From a virus (taxonomy: Duplodnaviria > Caudoviricetes): 51,467 bases of DNA. The stretch spans positions 1 through 51,467 of IMG/VR virus record IMGVR_UViG_3300032286_000658, one strand, 5' to 3'. Positions 23,701-33,800 of the stretch are shown here, piece after piece. Within the stretch, counting starts at the first letter, position 1. Every line of letters starts with the position of its first letter. A program made the translations under genes and the position numbers. Below the pieces are notes generated by a model, which saw nothing but the letters and a program-made list of their open reading frames with translations, made no database searches and had not been told where the DNA came from.

Positions 23701-26700
23701 TGCCTCAGATGGTAGTTCTGGTAGATTTAAGGACATACTTTGGAGAGTCCAGGGAGACTATCTACAGCTAACCGACGCTGCTGAGTACGCTCTATTTACT
23801 ACGGTTCCTGGAAGAACCGATAGAAACTTTAGAGAAATTATTATTGGAAATAATAAAACAAAAATGTCTCCGGAATTGAAACTCCCGGACGGCTCTGAGC
23901 CTTCATGGAGAGTATCAAATAAGGGTGCTGCATGGGATGAAAGCTCCAGCGGGTGGGTAAGCAGCCTCCTAATTCCAGAAGAAGAAGATAGAGCCGAGTA
24001 TCTCAACAAAATGGCATCTTTGTTCATGGAAGACACAAAAGAGCCGGTAATTGCGGACATTCTTGTGTCTACAGCTCACCGATTTAAGGGACTAGAGCGA
24101 GACAACATTATTATCGCCGGCGACTTCCCTGTTCCAGAGGTCGATGATAAAGGAAATATGGTCTACCCCGGTAAGGATGAATATCAACTAGGGTATGTTG
24201 CTGTAACTCGTGCAAGAAAGAGGCTATACCCTGGTTCACTAGCTTATGGTCTTGACTACACTGGTCAAGATGGAATGCGTAAGGCTAATACAGACCTAGA
24301 GCGTGATCCAGGTTTCGGACTAGACCTTGTAGCTAAAGAAGAAGAAGCACAAGAAGCGCTTAACAAAAAGCGTACAGACAAGGGCTCTTCAGAAGGCGGA
24401 ACCGCACTTAAGTCAGGTAAGGGACAGAACTTTGCTGGTGGCTTCCAATTCTTTGAAGACGAAGATTCTGATGCTAGTGGAGAAGAAGGTCCTGGAGTTC
24501 TATCAACTTCACCTAACACTCCTGGTAAAGAACTTGTTTCTGACTGGTTTGCCCTAACTAACGGGACATACAGTAAGCGTATTGACGGCACAACCTGGAA
24601 CATTCGTGAGAACAAGGATGGCACTATTGTTGCCCGCCCAAGAACTAACGAATCCAGGCTTGGCAGTTTTAAATTTAATAGCTGGAGCCAGTTAGCTAAT
24701 GATTTCCCTAACTTGGGCGAGAAGGCTAAAAAAGCTAACCGCGATGTCCTAAAGGATAAGGTTTCAGCATTCGACCCTAACGGTGATATTGCTAGAGCCA
24801 TCGACAATGATGCAGATCCTAGGGATATTGCAGACATGATATCTAAGTCAGACGAGTTTAAAGATGCAATTGAAGACAACAAGGTCAACTATGTAAGTAT
24901 ATTTGCAGCTGTTGACAACATTGGTTCTTCTGATTTGAAGCGTCCAAACCCTAGGGCAGCTAAGCCAAAAGTAGTTAAGCCAAAGAAGGCCGCTAAGCCT
25001 GTAGCAGTTGCTACTACAGATATCTACAACAACTACCCGAACAACCAAATGAAGCCTACTGACCAGTTCAGCTTGTTTGATGGTTCTATACTTGCGTACG
25101 ATGCGATGCTCAAAGAGCCTGGCATGGGAAGCATGAAATCTATGTACGACAAACTTGTTAAGTTTGGTGGAAAAGTCAATCCAGATGGCTCCATAACTGT
25201 ATATAAGAAGAACTCGGTTGAAGAAGTTGGACCTAACAAAGACGCTAATGTTTCTCTAGAAATTAAGATCACTGGAGCTAAATCTACTGAAGCTGTTATT
25301 AGCTACACAGTTACAGATCTGGACTCTGGAGAGTCTCAAGAGTTCTGGGACATGTCAAATGCTGACTCCCTTAAAGCAGCTCTTAACAGAGTTAAGCGTA
25401 GGTTAGAAACTAACTGGCTACGCGATCCTGAAACCCTAGGTGAGAAGAACCCAGACACTTATGGTGGAATTTTCGGTGCAATAAACCAGCTACGTACTGG
25501 TGTCACTAAAGCTTCCGCTAGAAAGGGTGCTGGCGGTATTGCTAGAGTTTTGGAAGATAAGACTGCTAAAACTACTAACATTAAAATCCGTACTCCTATG
25601 GAGCACATGCAGATTGCATTGAATGGTAGAGACGATATTCTTAACTCTAGCGTTCAGAACTTCCACACTAAGCAAAACAAGGCAGTTCCTTCTGCTTTTG
25701 AGGCCCTAGAAGCTGGGGATGTCGCTTCTGCTGCATATATTATGCGTCAGTACCTAAACATGGTCCCTAACACTCCAGCCGCTCAGCAGGCGGTCAGAGA
25801 ATACCTATCTGCCACTATTAGAAGAGCTGTTCCAGACGTATCTACAAATAAGCTAAACGCTATGCTAGATGACTCTTTCGATATCATCGAAGACAGCCAA
25901 GCTATTCCTGTTGGTGGTGTAATTAGACCTCACCTATCTAGAAATGGTGTCTCAGTAGAACCTGGACAGATAGCTAGATGGAGAAACAACGTAGGTCAGG
26001 AAGCAGTGGGTCGAGTTGCCTATCTAGTCCCTTATGACAACCCAGACGGTGGCTCGTATGTTTACGGTGACTTCGTTGAGGTAGAGTTCGCTGATGGCCA
26101 GACTGTTCGCCTGAACAGCGGCAACATGGATATTGTCGACTCATCTGCTGAACTAACATCATACGCACCTTGGATTCGTGAAGACGAAAAAAAGATTCTA
26201 GAAGCGTATAACAAGGGCTTTACTGTTGACTTTAACACTGGAGAGATTAAAGACAAAGAGAGCGTTGTAGTTGTATTGTCATCTTACAAGGGCTATGCAG
26301 ACGTATCTACCGACAATATTCAGAAATCAATAAAAGATGTAAAAATCGGAGACGTCCTATACGACGATAAAGGAAATGCTTACGGCAAAGTAGAGTCTAG
26401 TACAAAGGGTATTTACGACGGTGTAAGAGCATTTAAGGTCTTGTTTGGAAAAGGTAGCGTTCAGCCTGAACTGTACTTTGCTGACGACGAGCAGGTAAAT
26501 GTGCCTAAGCCACAGACTTCAGCACCTGCAACTACAACCAATATTGACCTGGCCAAAGCTGCTGCTGAGTTAAATCTAGCCCCTAAAGCAGACGGAACAT
26601 CTTCCGATAAGGAAATTTCATCTAACCCGACTGCCACGAACCCTGCAACTAACACAGATATTAAGGGAACTTCTAGAAAAGCAGTTAAGCCTACAGATGA

Positions 26701-28168
26701 GGCTAACGCAATTCTAGATAAGCAACTAGAACTTGGTGCTCAGGCATGGGATGCGACTGAGGGTAGAATTGTTGACGAGCTTAACGAGGCTGGTTACCAG
26801 ATTAAGCCTGGAACTAAGTACGAAGATTTGGAAAAATCTGTAGTAGACGAGTCTAACAAGACTGCAAATGCCTCTGTTAAAGCAAAGCAAGACTTAGATT
26901 CCTTTATAGGAGAGATTAAAAACGGAATTGATTCTAAAGTAGAAGCTGACACATTAAAGAAAATGGAAGCGGAAGGCTTGGCCGATCAAAACGGAGCCAT
27001 TGACTTCAAAAAACTAGCTAAAAAACTAGTGGATTCAGGTCTTCAGGATTACAGCTATGAAATTAGGTCAATAACTGGAACAAATGATTCAGATCAGTTG
27101 TCGGGTATTGCGGCTTATTTAACCGCAACTGACCCTAGGAACAAGTCTAAAGCTTCTCGTCTATTTAAGTCTCTGGCAGAAAAGTCGGTAGCTTCAACTA
27201 ACGCAAAGAACAATAGAATCAAATTTGCTAAGAATCTAAAGCAGGCTACAAAGAGTGCTACTAAGAAAACTCTAGAAGACCTAGGCGTGAAATTTGACAA
27301 CGTATCTCTAAATGAGTTCGAGGGTCGAATAATTTCTGTACAAGACAACCAGAGCTTAGATGCGTTTAGTACGTTCAAGTCTGCTCGTGCTCTTCGTGGC
27401 GCATTTGATCACATGCCTTCAGCTAGAATTAGACAGCTTGCTAAGTATCTAAAAGATAACAATGTTAATCTTCAAATTCAGTCTGGAGTGGAGCGAGGAC
27501 ACTTTAAGCGTCTTCGTAACGGAGATCTAGAAATTACTCTAAGCACTTCGGCAGGAACGAGTGCTAACGAGACAACGGCACTTCACGAGCTACAGCACTT
27601 CTTGGACTTCGTTGACAATAACGGAAATAAGATGGCTCACGCATGGCTACACCGCAGAGCAACCGGTCCTGACGGTAAGCTTAGACCTCTCTTTGGTTGG
27701 GGCAAGGGCGAAATCGGCTTCTCCATTGATGACCTATCTTCTCCTTACACAACTAGAAGATACGAGAGTGGCGACTTTGTTCTAGACCCTAACTTTGACG
27801 GTAACGAAGTCAACTCAACAATTATGGAAGATTTGTTCTTAGACGCCGGATCGGTATCTAAGCCAACCGGCCAGATTGCTATAGTCAAGAAGACTCGTCA
27901 AAAAGTTAATAGAAAAACTAAAAAACCAGTGGTCGACTCTCAGGGTAACCCGGTAATGGAAGACTATATTGATTTAGTAGCTAACCCTTATCACGACAAG
28001 ACTACCGATAAATGGTATGCTGATGAAAGTATGACTGAAGAGCTAAATGTTCGTGAATGGTATGGACGTAAAGTTTCAGAGGGTCTTGATAGAAACGTCA
28101 AGCACTATGGAATGGGTATGATGCTTATGATGAATGATTGGTCTGCAACCGAAGGTTTGGGTGAATAA
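20711..28168 (+). CDS. polyvalent protein: shared N-domain, SF1 UvrD-like helicase, C-terminal zincin-like HExxH domain
   Basis: AGAGAGKTT, LDEAQD, VGDRAQGINSFRG, TRRFG, STAHRFKGLE, YVAVTRARKRL (~22190-24240); HELQH at 27584-27598. Confidence 0.85.
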   Translation: MLEKLIALLAAFGTGANKGFWVVQPRDDEGRWMEMGRGSLTFFRLADGSIVEAVGTFIGGTGRLGNGAVLIKGHDFLPDGVYELTSKMMHRVDAFIPESVLKRQGIKKSSVVTDMSKIAGKTIADLPSTPRRDITPDDERIAAGDLTPEEKANIEEGRANSPLADLPAGYEVDNPAEVEQMLKDAGVDLEGAAQVGEEKSGFKKPAEPAAPAVVEVPSAAKKESKLDEYSQMLVDDLFKREEGKTPAQVNRTIKALYNQMAKNGENDASKELLGRLNKLVEDKGGKPYVPEVAPEGYFKRGQKSVGDYSVGDKAAFFNDILEEVEPLTVVGKEKDSLGQDVLQVKFDGDDKVYTARADELQPFDSFAMDSPELASKMGPIGNVDSVAEKAVQDAMDGKPVDVDNLIKLGAPITPGKGAEFFEDPEQPEGNKPEPKAPAAKKPAAKKPATTPSNTPVTPSGGASESLKPKKQEPISIEELAALAKPEEYEKYFGFVPSEEQTNILNAILIAKKNTAVRAGAGAGKTTTSVGLTNALMEIEPEARVAFLQLNTTNAAEAAKLVPKNTVAKTVDAYFGRKHLVNMAQGKTGTIKGKANKPFMDRYRSKSFYHIAGGEKLANHFLMDEMSIGGENYTAAKVASLVSKAVDRYARSTDEKIGPQHFNVKTKAKKGETAEDVEIEAEKLKKLVSYAEAYWDDLTYVNTSDDIVETGAKTKAGKPVIKTLKGVTVISPTHAFKMWALSNPDFSKLRSPDGKPVTHMVLDEAQDTNVVFEKVINDNLARGTAPIILMVGDRAQGINSFRGTKDALTDFANNVAGASLTLTTTRRFGTDLLPHANGFLNLLGEEYRLKSAVGGGEILPDSDFAKIPDFKNNTAIQTRTNAEVFNQLEQLDEAGYTAGVTDSMYKDLTSAMEHLDWLVQDFNSRPANPKLFSDDFVGMRNLKALITEAEIDPQSKAGYWWRLIQEDPESKIKKLKELTEKLIVEREQIDIESVTNLDASDGSSGRFKDILWRVQGDYLQLTDAAEYALFTTVPGRTDRNFREIIIGNNKTKMSPELKLPDGSEPSWRVSNKGAAWDESSSGWVSSLLIPEEEDRAEYLNKMASLFMEDTKEPVIADILVSTAHRFKGLERDNIIIAGDFPVPEVDDKGNMVYPGKDEYQLGYVAVTRARKRLYPGSLAYGLDYTGQDGMRKANTDLERDPGFGLDLVAKEEEAQEALNKKRTDKGSSEGGTALKSGKGQNFAGGFQFFEDEDSDASGEEGPGVLSTSPNTPGKELVSDWFALTNGTYSKRIDGTTWNIRENKDGTIVARPRTNESRLGSFKFNSWSQLANDFPNLGEKAKKANRDVLKDKVSAFDPNGDIARAIDNDADPRDIADMISKSDEFKDAIEDNKVNYVSIFAAVDNIGSSDLKRPNPRAAKPKVVKPKKAAKPVAVATTDIYNNYPNNQMKPTDQFSLFDGSILAYDAMLKEPGMGSMKSMYDKLVKFGGKVNPDGSITVYKKNSVEEVGPNKDANVSLEIKITGAKSTEAVISYTVTDLDSGESQEFWDMSNADSLKAALNRVKRRLETNWLRDPETLGEKNPDTYGGIFGAINQLRTGVTKASARKGAGGIARVLEDKTAKTTNIKIRTPMEHMQIALNGRDDILNSSVQNFHTKQNKAVPSAFEALEAGDVASAAYIMRQYLNMVPNTPAAQQAVREYLSATIRRAVPDVSTNKLNAMLDDSFDIIEDSQAIPVGGVIRPHLSRNGVSVEPGQIARWRNNVGQEAVGRVAYLVPYDNPDGGSYVYGDFVEVEFADGQTVRLNSGNMDIVDSSAELTSYAPWIREDEKKILEAYNKGFTVDFNTGEIKDKESVVVVLSSYKGYADVSTDNIQKSIKDVKIGDVLYDDKGNAYGKVESSTKGIYDGVRAFKVLFGKGSVQPELYFADDEQVNVPKPQTSAPATTTNIDLAKAAAELNLAPKADGTSSDKEISSNPTATNPATNTDIKGTSRKAVKPTDEANAILDKQLELGAQAWDATEGRIVDELNEAGYQIKPGTKYEDLEKSVVDESNKTANASVKAKQDLDSFIGEIKNGIDSKVEADTLKKMEAEGLADQNGAIDFKKLAKKLVDSGLQDYSYEIRSITGTNDSDQLSGIAAYLTATDPRNKSKASRLFKSLAEKSVASTNAKNNRIKFAKNLKQATKSATKKTLEDLGVKFDNVSLNEFEGRIISVQDNQSLDAFSTFKSARALRGAFDHMPSARIRQLAKYLKDNNVNLQIQSGVERGHFKRLRNGDLEITLSTSAGTSANETTALHELQHFLDFVDNNGNKMAHAWLHRRATGPDGKLRPLFGWGKGEIGFSIDDLSSPYTTRRYESGDFVLDPNFDGNEVNSTIMEDLFLDAGSVSKPTGQIAIVKKTRQKVNRKTKKPVVDSQGNPVMEDYIDLVANPYHDKTTDKWYADESMTEELNVREWYGRKVSEGLDRNVKHYGMGMMLMMNDWSATEGLGE

Positions 28169-28169
28169 A

Positions 28170-28529
28170 ATGGCAGATAGACTAAGAAAATTTACTGAAA
28201 CTGTCCAAATTAAAGTTGACGATTTAGATAGCATTTATTGGGTACCAGACGCTCCTGCTTCACTAAGACTGTCTGGCAATCCAGAAATTGTAAACATAGT
28301 TAATGCGTTTATAGACTTTAAGTCTCAGGACTCCGATGTAATCAAAGCAACACCGGAAGGTCCGTACCTGCCTGGAACTAATGACAACCTATATACGGTA
28401 GTCTGGGCTGTAACTACTTTGTTTAGAGAGCAAAATATAAAATTTTACGGAGAAGTTCCTACACTAAAGGAGCTTGGTCTGGACTATGCCAGCAACTTCG
28501 ATGAAAACGACAAACCAATTATACGATAG
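28170..28529 (+). CDS. small acidic protein downstream of polyvalent gene
   Basis: ATG at 28170, one base after the upstream stop, preferred over 28134. Confidence 0.75.
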   Translation: MADRLRKFTETVQIKVDDLDSIYWVPDAPASLRLSGNPEIVNIVNAFIDFKSQDSDVIKATPEGPYLPGTNDNLYTVVWAVTTLFREQNIKFYGEVPTLKELGLDYASNFDENDKPIIR

Positions 28530-28547
28530 AATTGAAGGAGGAGCATA

Positions 28548-28880
28548 ATGGCAACTAAAGAAATCAAACCTATCTATGATATTTATATCTACTTAAATCC
28601 AGAAAATGGTTTAGTGGAGACGATTCTTTCATACGGTATATTTGGCGACTCCGAATATGATCCAGAAGCTAAACGCTGGGTTGCATTAGGCGAAGAAGAT
28701 ACCTGGAGAGTTAGGGATTTAGGCCTAAGATGCGACAGATATAAAGTCGACTTTGATAATGAGTCTGATTTTGATTTTGAGGGTACCAACATAACTCTAA
28801 AGAAGTTTTCTGAAGGTACTCTAGATAAAGAGTATTTGCAAGAAAACACCATACTTGTAAACGAAGCACTAGCAAAGTAA
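28548..28880 (+). CDS. small acidic protein
   Basis: 110 aa; strong AAGGAGG SD. Confidence 0.8.
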   Translation: MATKEIKPIYDIYIYLNPENGLVETILSYGIFGDSEYDPEAKRWVALGEEDTWRVRDLGLRCDRYKVDFDNESDFDFEGTNITLKKFSEGTLDKEYLQENTILVNEALAK

Positions 28881-28885
28881 GTATA

Positions 28886-30802
28886 ATGGCTGAATATTTA
28901 GGAAGTATTGGCAAACTATCATTGTTTGCTATCGGTAACTACAGCGTTATTGTAGATACCGAATTAAACATGATTACCGAATTTGGTGCACTTTCTAATA
29001 TCCAAAGAGACGGCTGGTCTACAGAAGGCTTTGTTCCTGATTCTGCTTACGAGCTTGCAGCTACTGCACTTTACGAAGTTGCTAACCCAGTTGTCGCTTC
29101 TGCCAGCAGAATGTATACGATTCCAGATGGCGTAAAGAGCGAAGCCATTAAAGCTCTTAAATGGCGTAAAGAGCACAAGCGTGGCGGAACTCCAGTTGGT
29201 TTAAATACTGCTCGTACGCTAGCCAAGGGTGGTCAAATTGGTCTAAGCAAGGTTCGTCACATTTCAAAGTATTTTGCTCGTCACGAAGTTGACAAAAAGG
29301 GTAAAGGCTGGGAACCAGGCGAAGACAACTTCCCGTCGAACGGACGAATCGCGTGGGCCTTATGGGGAGGTGACGCCGGATGGCGTTGGGCCAGTGCAAT
29401 CGCAGAGCGTGAGAAAAAAGCCTCTATGACTGCTGGTGGTTATAATATGCCTGGGTATGACGACCACCTAGATTCTTACGAAGACTCTTATGAATCCGAT
29501 GTAAATGCTTTTGAAGCAGCTAATGACCTAGATGCCATGTACGGCCCAGAATTCTTGGTTCGCGTTTGCCTAGACGGCTCTGGTATTGATAGGCTTTACA
29601 AGATTGAAATTGACGGACACGTTTATGTTTGGGACGACTGCGCCTGGGACGATCTAGGCTATGTTGACGGCGACATTTATGCTTATGACTCGTCTCTAGA
29701 TGACCCATACGACCAGGTCGAAAAGACTCACGTAATGGTTGACCCTAGCTCTGCAATTATTATTTCTGCATTAATGCAGGAAGCTCCTTACAAAAAAATT
29801 CAACTAGAAGACATTGATGCCAACGAAGCTCAGATGTTTTCCGACTCTATGCCTCAGCTTGATGTAAATTTCCTTGATCGAGTGATAATGGCGTCTGGCA
29901 TGTATGGCGAAGATTCCGCAACTGATGAAGTAGACAAAACTCCAGTTAAGGTTCTTCCGCCTATCAAGCCAATGAGTACGGTTGGAATTCTAGGTCAGCC
30001 AAAGATTGAAACATCTAAAAGTATTGCTCTTCTTTCTGAGGGCCCTGCTGCTTTGACCAAGGCCGACATTGACAAAATGTTTATTGACTGGGCGACAGCT
30101 ATTGTATCTGCTCGTGCAAAGAATTCAGTAGTTGCAGCCGTTGATCCTACTGCAGAGCAGCCAATGGACCCAACAACAAGCGATGTAGAACCTAAATATG
30201 TTGCAATTGTTTCTCCTGATGATCCCCAAGCTGTTATGGATCTTGTTGCTTTAGTTCCTAAAACTGCAACTACTACTGAGCCTGTTGTTTACAGGCGTAA
30301 AGATAAGCAATGGATTTTAGACGAGCAAATTCTTCTAGATCTTAAGTCTGCTACCCCTCCTCCAGTGGTGAAGCTAGATACTAAAGAGCTTATCAATGAC
30401 ATTCTTAAGCAGGTTGATGGCCTACAAAATGTTGACACTGCTAAAGAAGAAAAGCCAGGTTCTGCTCCAGAGCCAACCTCGCCTCCTGTTGCTCCAACCC
30501 CTACAGCAGCTTCTGCCTATTCCCACCTAATTAACTTCTGGTCAGGTACAAGTGAAGCGATTGCTGCGGCTGGGGGCTTAGACCGTAATCGTGGCAATGC
30601 AGAAAACCTGAGACGCTACTGGGTTAGCGGTAAAGGTGCTGCTAAAATTAGATGGGGTCAGCCTGGAGACTGGAAGAGATGTGTTCGTTATCTATCTAAG
30701 CATCTAGGCCCTCGTGCAAAAGGTTACTGCCAACTTCGTCACAAAGATGCATTAGGCATTTACACTTCAACTCATGCGAAAAGAGATCGTAACCGTGGAT
30801 AA
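28886..30802 (+). CDS. mosaic head-module protein
   Basis: Basic GGTPVG..ARTLA...FARHE...AWALWGGDAG domain plus a C-terminal YW..G.G.AKI.WG.PGDW.RC...GYC..RH domain shared with the next gene. Confidence 0.75.
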   Translation: MAEYLGSIGKLSLFAIGNYSVIVDTELNMITEFGALSNIQRDGWSTEGFVPDSAYELAATALYEVANPVVASASRMYTIPDGVKSEAIKALKWRKEHKRGGTPVGLNTARTLAKGGQIGLSKVRHISKYFARHEVDKKGKGWEPGEDNFPSNGRIAWALWGGDAGWRWASAIAEREKKASMTAGGYNMPGYDDHLDSYEDSYESDVNAFEAANDLDAMYGPEFLVRVCLDGSGIDRLYKIEIDGHVYVWDDCAWDDLGYVDGDIYAYDSSLDDPYDQVEKTHVMVDPSSAIIISALMQEAPYKKIQLEDIDANEAQMFSDSMPQLDVNFLDRVIMASGMYGEDSATDEVDKTPVKVLPPIKPMSTVGILGQPKIETSKSIALLSEGPAALTKADIDKMFIDWATAIVSARAKNSVVAAVDPTAEQPMDPTTSDVEPKYVAIVSPDDPQAVMDLVALVPKTATTTEPVVYRRKDKQWILDEQILLDLKSATPPPVVKLDTKELINDILKQVDGLQNVDTAKEEKPGSAPEPTSPPVAPTPTAASAYSHLINFWSGTSEAIAAAGGLDRNRGNAENLRRYWVSGKGAAKIRWGQPGDWKRCVRYLSKHLGPRAKGYCQLRHKDALGIYTSTHAKRDRNRG

Positions 30803-33800
30803 CGAAGATTTAATTATGGAAGAAGTCTTGGTAGGAGATATTGAAAATCCTACTGTAGTTACTGATGAAGATATGCTTCTACCTTTAGAGTACATACTTC
30901 AAGAAGAAGATGACCTATACGATAAAGATTGGACCCCTGATCCTAGTCTAACTTACTCATTGGATGAATTAGGTAAATGTAGTGATGATGAGTTTGAAGC
31001 ACTGACTGCTGCCGGTGGCTTTGATCGCAATAGAGGAAATGCTGAAGAACTTCGCCAGTATTGGACCCGTGGTGTTGGTGGTGCCAAGATTATGTGGGGT
31101 ACTCCAGGAGATTGGACTCGTTGCGTTCGTCAACTTTCAAAGTATATGGGACCTCGTGCAAAAGGTTACTGCCAACTTCGTCACAAAGAAATGACTGGTA
31201 CTTATACTGGCAGCAGATTTAACGCCGGAAAAGAAAGAAACTTTGGAGGCAACTTTTCCATAGACGAGCAAATGATTGACTCTGTTATTGAAAAGTCTTA
31301 CTTAGTTGCAGCGGCTGAAGCAGCTAAGGCGCGAGTTTTCGGTGTTACTGCTGGAGCAGCCATGGTTTCAGGATCACGTTTTACAATACCGATGCTTCTT
31401 CCAGAGGATTTAGAATCTGGCGATGGACGTAAATTTAAAAAGGATGCTATTAGTTTCCGTGACCTACCTCTCCCGCTATTGTGGCAGATTAAAACTGCTG
31501 AAGGGCATTCTGGTTCTGTCGTAGTCGGCCGTATTGATTACATGGAAAAAATGCCACAGGGTATTGGTAATGCCTATGGTGTTTTTGATACCGGACCTTA
31601 TGGTCGTGAAGCAGAGCGTCTAGTTAAGAATGGCTTTATTCGTGGTGTTTCTGCTGACCTAGATCAATTTGAGGCTAAAGAGCACAAGGCTGAGAATGCT
31701 AATGACGATGAAGTAGGTAAGCAAAAACTTATCATAAATCACGCCCGTGTAATGGCTGCTACAATTGTAGCTAAGCCCGCATTTCAAGAGTGCACAATTT
31801 CAGTGGACAATACCTACTCAAGCAACCAGGAGGATCAAGTGATTCCTGCAGACGGAATTTACGAAGAGTCGATTGACTCTTTCGTAGCTGGCGAAGCACT
31901 AATTGCGTCTGGCTTTTTAGAATCAGAGATTCCAGTAACCCCGCCTACAGAGTGGTTTGGTAACCCTAAACTAACTAAGCCAACACCGATTACTGTAGAA
32001 CCTGATGGTCGTATCTATGGTCATATTGCTGCTTGGCATGTAAACCATATTGGTATGCCTAGGTCTACTCGTCCACCTCGTTCTCGTAGCAATTACGCTT
32101 ACTTCCATACTGGTGTTGTACGCACGGATGCTGGTAAAGATATTCCAGTCGGTCAGCTAACTCTTGCTGGTGGACACGCTAATCTCAACGCTAGTGCGGC
32201 TCAGGCAGCAAAGCATTACGATGACACGGCATCTGCTATTGCAGATGTCCATGCCGGCGAAGATGACTATGGAATCTGGGTATCTGGTTCACTACGTCCA
32301 GAAGCCACTGAGGCTCAGATTCGTGCACTTCGTGCTTCTGCTCCTTCAGGTGACTGGCGTCCAATCGATGGCTCGCTAGAGCTTGTTGCTGTTTGTCAGG
32401 TCAATGTTCCAGGATTCCCTATTGCTCGTGCAATGGTTGCTTCCGGAAAAGTTATGGCTCTTGTTGCTGCAGGTGCTAGCTACTTTGCAATTATGAAGAG
32501 CCAGCATGTTTCTACTCTAGTAGAGCGTGCAGCAAGATTAAGTGAACTTAGTGCGGCTTCAGCTGATATGATGACTCGTTTTGAGACTCAGTTTGGTTAT
32601 GTTTCTCGTGACAAGCGTGATGCTCTTGCTAAGGAAGGTAAGGCCATGAAAGATGGCTCTTTTCCGATTCGCAATACTGAAGATCTAAAGAATGCTATTC
32701 AGGCTCATGGTCGTGCTAAGGATATTGCTGCTGCAAAAAAGCACATTATTAAGCGTGCCCGTGCTCTCGGTAAGTATGACTTAATTCCTGATGAATGGAA
32801 GAAGCCAAAGACTGTGGCTGCATCTGCTGCTCTAGAGTCAATCCGTGAACGTGCTCTAGTTGCTTCTGCAGTTACAGAACTTGCAAAGATTAGCGAAGAA
32901 GAGCGTTCATCTCTTTCTAAGAAGGGTCAAGCTCTTCCTGACGGTTCTTACCCGATTCGTAACGTTGACGATCTAAAGAATGCTATTAAAGCTTTTGGTC
33001 GTGCTAAGAAAGAAGACCGTCCTACAGTTCGTCGTCACATTATGAAGCGTGCTCGTCAGCTTAAGGCTACCGACCTAATTCCGGACCAGTGGAAGAATGC
33101 CGACTCTATGCAGGTCGTTTCTAACCTAGACCGCATGCGTGCAGTCATTGCGTCTATTTCGTCTGAGTTTGCTACCCCAGAGAGTGAAATTGAAGATGAA
33201 GATTTGAAGCAACTCATTGATGCTAAAGCAGAAGCTGACAAGCAGACTGAAGAAGAAATTAAGATTGCAGAAGACATTGCTGCTGGTAAGACTACAGCTG
33301 AAGACAAGTATGATGAGGATGGTCGAGTTAAGTACACCCCAGCAACTCAGCCTAGAGATGCTCGCGGGAAGTATCGTAAGGTTTTAGCCCGTCTAAGACA
33401 AGATCTTGGCGTAGCCGGCTTACAAAAAGCTTTGGCTAAAGCTGAAGAAGCAGAGAACTTGGACTTTGCCGGTAACTACGCTAAATCAGCTGGTGCCAGC
33501 GCAGAGCTCCTAGATATGATTGACCGTCTAGACTCTGGTGCTTTGAATGCCAAGTCTCTAGAAAATGTTCAAAACTCAGCCCGAGAACTGGGCCGAGTAA
33601 TTTCAAACCTTCCGCTACCTTTTGGTGCTGATGCGGAAAAACTAAGATTTAGCGATTTACCGTCTGGACTCAAGGATCTCATCGATGGGATGATTTCACG
33701 AGTCGAGTCAAAAATCGGTAAAGATGACGCGGATATTGCTACGGCAGATCTTAAGTCATATATGTCGGGTGCCGACGTTTACTCCCAGGGAGAGATTCAG

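Noticed and set aside
7999-28168. Inteins or introns in terminase or the giant ORFs
   Set aside because: No C/S...HN-[CST] splice motifs or LAGLIDADG blocks noticed; TerL is normal length and frames are uninterrupted.
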